Positions 60,681-64,000 of a stretch of 64,000 nt of DNA are shown here, piece after piece. Below the pieces are notes generated by a model, which was not told where the DNA came from, ran no database searches, and saw nothing but the letters and a program-made list of their open reading frames with translations. Source of the stretch: Octopus vulgaris. Lineage: Eukaryota. The stretch spans positions 42,966,001-43,030,000 of the forward strand of contig OX597817.1 of NCBI GenBank assembly GCA_951406725.2, given 5' to 3'. Within the stretch, counting starts at the first letter, position 1. The number at the start of each line of letters is the position of its first letter. A program made the position numbers and the translations under genes.

Positions 60681-61607
60681 CTGGAAAATGAATTAAATAT
60701 ATTAGAATCTTGTTTTTACATGAATATTTTTCATTTCATGACTTACTGAGATTTCTGTAACTTTAACTCAGATTACTGTCAAATGTAATGCTTAATTTTT
60801 CTCATTATTTTAAATTAATCATGTATTACTTCATAGATTCATGTCTTTGATATAGTGATTATTTACTTTAGAATGACATTGCAGGGTAAGTGTAAGAGAG
60901 CAAATCTGGTCATTATCATCATCATTTAACCCATATATACCCCTGGTTGTGTGTTCATAACACAAGACCTGCTCCTACTTGTTTGGACATGAACTCACCA
61001 GGAAACATCTGACTGAGCATATGAAATGTTCATTAGGTAGTCAACACCTGTAGCTAACAGTTGCATACTGTCCTTCTCTTCCAGATTGTGAAAGCTTACC
61101 ATAACGTTTAATCTAAATACAGTGAAATTTTAAGGCTTCATTTTTTATTGGCATATATGGGTTAACATCGATTTTTTCATGCTGGTATGTGTTCAACGGC
61201 TTGACAGAGGCTGACCAGCTGAAGAGCAGCCTAGGCTCTATGTCTGTTTTGGCATGGTTTCTGCAGATGGATACCTTTCCTAACACCAACCACTTTACAG
61301 AGTGTACTGGGTGCTTTTTACTTGGCACCAGCACCCATGATCCAGTAGAATTAGGTTCACTCAGCTGAAGAGGGATGTAGGGGATATGCTTGTATGCAAG
61401 GGCAGCTAGGATTTTACTCAGCTTGGCATGTCTTCTAAAGCACAGCAAAGAAGACACAACAAGCTATATAAAATAGTGGCTGTCCTTGCATACAGGCATT
61501 ATGAAAGTGTCCATGTTGCTGATGTGCAAAAGCACCCAGTCAGTTTGAACATTAAACAGGTAGAATGTTTGAACCAGATATGGCTAGTTTAAATGCTAAA
61601 GAGTTGA

Positions 61608-62035
61608 TCATCATCATCATTGTTTAATATCCGCTTTCCATGCTAGCATGGGTTGGACAATTTGACTGAGGACTGACAAACCAGATGGCTGCACCAGGCT
61701 CCAATCTGATCTGGCATGAGTTTCTACAGCTGGATGCCCTTCCTAACGCCAACCACTCCGAGAAGGTAGTGGGTGTTTTTACGTGCCACCTGTACGAGGG
61801 CCAGTCAGGCGGTACTGGCAACAGCCATGCTCAAATGGTGATTTTTACGTGCCACCTGCATGATTTTTTTTCATGTGCCAGTAAGGTGACGCTGGTAATG
61901 ATCACGCTCGAATGGTGTTTTTTACGTGCCACCAGCATGGAAGCCAGTTAGCCGCTCTGGCAATGATTACACTTGGATGGTGCTCTTAGCGTTCCACTAG
62001 CCAGTCATCAAATTTGATTTTGATTTCACTTGCCT
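61608..62035 (-). mobile_element. RTE LINE 3' UTR copy
   Basis: Family similarity. Confidence 0.82.
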
Positions 62036-63013
62036 GAGAAAAACTTTTGTGAATAAGATTCTTATCATATTCCCAGAAAAAATCCTACTTTTCATAACTC
62101 AAAGATTTTGATAAATTCAGGTAGCAAAAACAATTCCTCGTATATTTCTTTTTTTTCTAATTCGATAATAGATGCAAGCATGGCTGTGTGGTTACAAACT
62201 TTGCTTCAAAGCCATGATGTTTTGAAGTTTGGTCCCACAGCATGACCCTTGAGTAAGGGTCTTTTACAGCCTTAGGTTGACCAATGCCATGTGAGTGAAA
62301 TTGGAAGACAGAAACTGAGACAAAGCCTATTGATTGTTTGTGTGTGTTGTTGTTGTTAAGCAACAAGACAGGTAAGGGTGATTAAGTGATGGTCTAGGGC
62401 TTAGGGGTGGGAGACCCCAGACCTTGGAAAAAAAACTTTGGTCGTCTTGTAGTCGAGGGCTCTTCGTTGACACCCGACACCAGTGGAAGGTGGCCCTCGA
62501 AGTCGCTGGAAATGGGGATCTCCAGGTCCAAATTCTTGAACAGCTGTGTGTGTGTGTGCGTGCACGTGCATGTCAATGTGTTTGGAAATGTTATGTCTGC
62601 GTTTTTTCATTAACACCACCTGAGTAGTGTCTTTGTTTACTTTACCCAGTAAACAAAAAGTTTTGTAGTTTCAGTGGCTTCTTTGGTTCTCTGGATCAGG
62701 AGAATCAGAATACCTAACTCACAAAACATGTGAAAGTTGGTGACAGGAAGAGCACCCAAGCTTAAACATTTCCCCATATGAAATTACATCTGACCTATGC
62801 CAGCATAAAAAAAATAAAACATAACAATTATGATTACTGTTTGACACAGAATTTAAACAACCAAGTTACCTTCAAACTATATCAGAGTGTTTAAAAAAAA
62901 CAAAACAAAGAAACAATGGATAACATGTTGGATACATTATGCTCCTAAAAAATACTGACTGCTGTTGGAACATCAAGAATCATAGTTCTACATGATCAGA
63001 GCTAACAATAATA

Positions 63014-63554
63014 TTGGGTTGTCCGGAAAGTTCGTGCTGATTTATAGTAGCTTACCTTTCGACTTATTTTAGAACATGGTTGAGTCCATAAAATAGGATT
63101 TGACCACACCTCCATTTAGAGCACAGTTTAAGCTATCTTTTCGTGGAAGAAGGTTTATGTTCCTATAACCTGTGTTAATTTTGTAACCCTTTAAAATGGA
63201 AGATAAGAAAGTTAATTTTTGGCACTGGATGCTTTGGGAACCAGACAAAAATTGCTGCAGCTCAGCTGGGATGTGTTATCCCACCCACCATATTCACCAG
63301 ATATTGCTCCTTCGGATTTCCACTTATTCAGGTCTCTGCAGAATAGCCTTAATTGTAAAAATTTCAATTCCTTGGATGACGTAAAAAGATACCTTGATGA
63401 ATTCTTTGCCACGAAACCACCTCAATTCTGGGAAGAGGGTATTTTTAAGTTAAAGGAAAGATGGAAACACATTGTGCAACAAAATGGTTCATATTTGGTT
63501 GATTAATCTTTTCCTTTCCTTTAAAAATCGGCACAAACTTTCCAGACAAACCAA
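63014..63554 (+). mobile_element. Internally deleted mariner transposon
   Basis: TA-TTGGGTTGTCCGGAAAGTTCGTGC ... GCACAAACTTTCCAGACAAACCAA-TA. Translation HPPYSPDIAPSDFHLFRSLQN. Confidence 0.93.
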
Positions 63555-63584
63555 TACATGCCAGAAATATTCTTTCATTCTTTT

Positions 63585-64000
63585 CTTTTATTCTTTTACT
63601 TGTATCAGTCATTTGACCACAGCCACATTGAAGCACCACCTTAAGGGGTTTTAGTTGAACAAATCAACCCCAGGACTTATTCTATCAGTCTCTTTTACCG
63701 AACCACTAAGTTATGGGGACATAAACACACCAACATTGGTTGTCAAATGATGGTAGTGGGGGACTGACACAAACATATACACATATATCATCATCATTGT
63801 TTAACGCCCGCTTTCCATGCTGGCATGGGTTGGACGGTTTGACTGGTGAGCCAGATGGCTGCACCAGGCTCCAATCTGATCAGGCAGAGTTTCTACAGCT
63901 GGATGCCCTTCCTAATGCCAACCACTCTGAGAGTGTAGTGGGTGCTTCTATGTGCCACCGGCACAAGGGCCTGTCAGGCAGTACTGGCAACGACCATACT
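63585..64000 (-). mobile_element. SINE family A 3' part followed by an RTE 3' end
   Basis: Family similarity. Confidence 0.8.

Overview
AT-rich, microsatellite- and SINE-dense animal DNA. The repeat style suggests an octopus or other coleoid cephalopod, which is inference and not a database match. Genes: (1) the last seven coding exons of an SLCO/OATP transporter (+, 5203-36222, splice phases all consistent); (2) an intronless DNAJC27/RBJ (-, 48160-48966) head-to-head with a two-exon SAYSD1 (+, 50334-56036); (3) a probable COMMD1 terminal exon (-, 60579-60680) that the ORF track does not show. The window opens inside a very homogeneous 358-359 bp satellite. The rest is RTE, CR1, Tx1/L1 and CRE LINE remnants, several tRNA-derived SINE families, and mariner/pogo/hAT/piggyBac MITEs. 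The most striking signal is nine minimal type-I hammerhead-ribozyme-like motifs from about six sequence families, typical of Penelope-like elements, all within the SLCO introns. These include a tandem pair 355 nt apart with stem covariation, and a ~550 bp palindrome made of two divergent units of tRNA-head + (AAT)n + hammerhead, bounded by a 17-bp direct repeat and nested in a hAT MITE. All structure calls were made by eye; nothing was folded or searched computationally.
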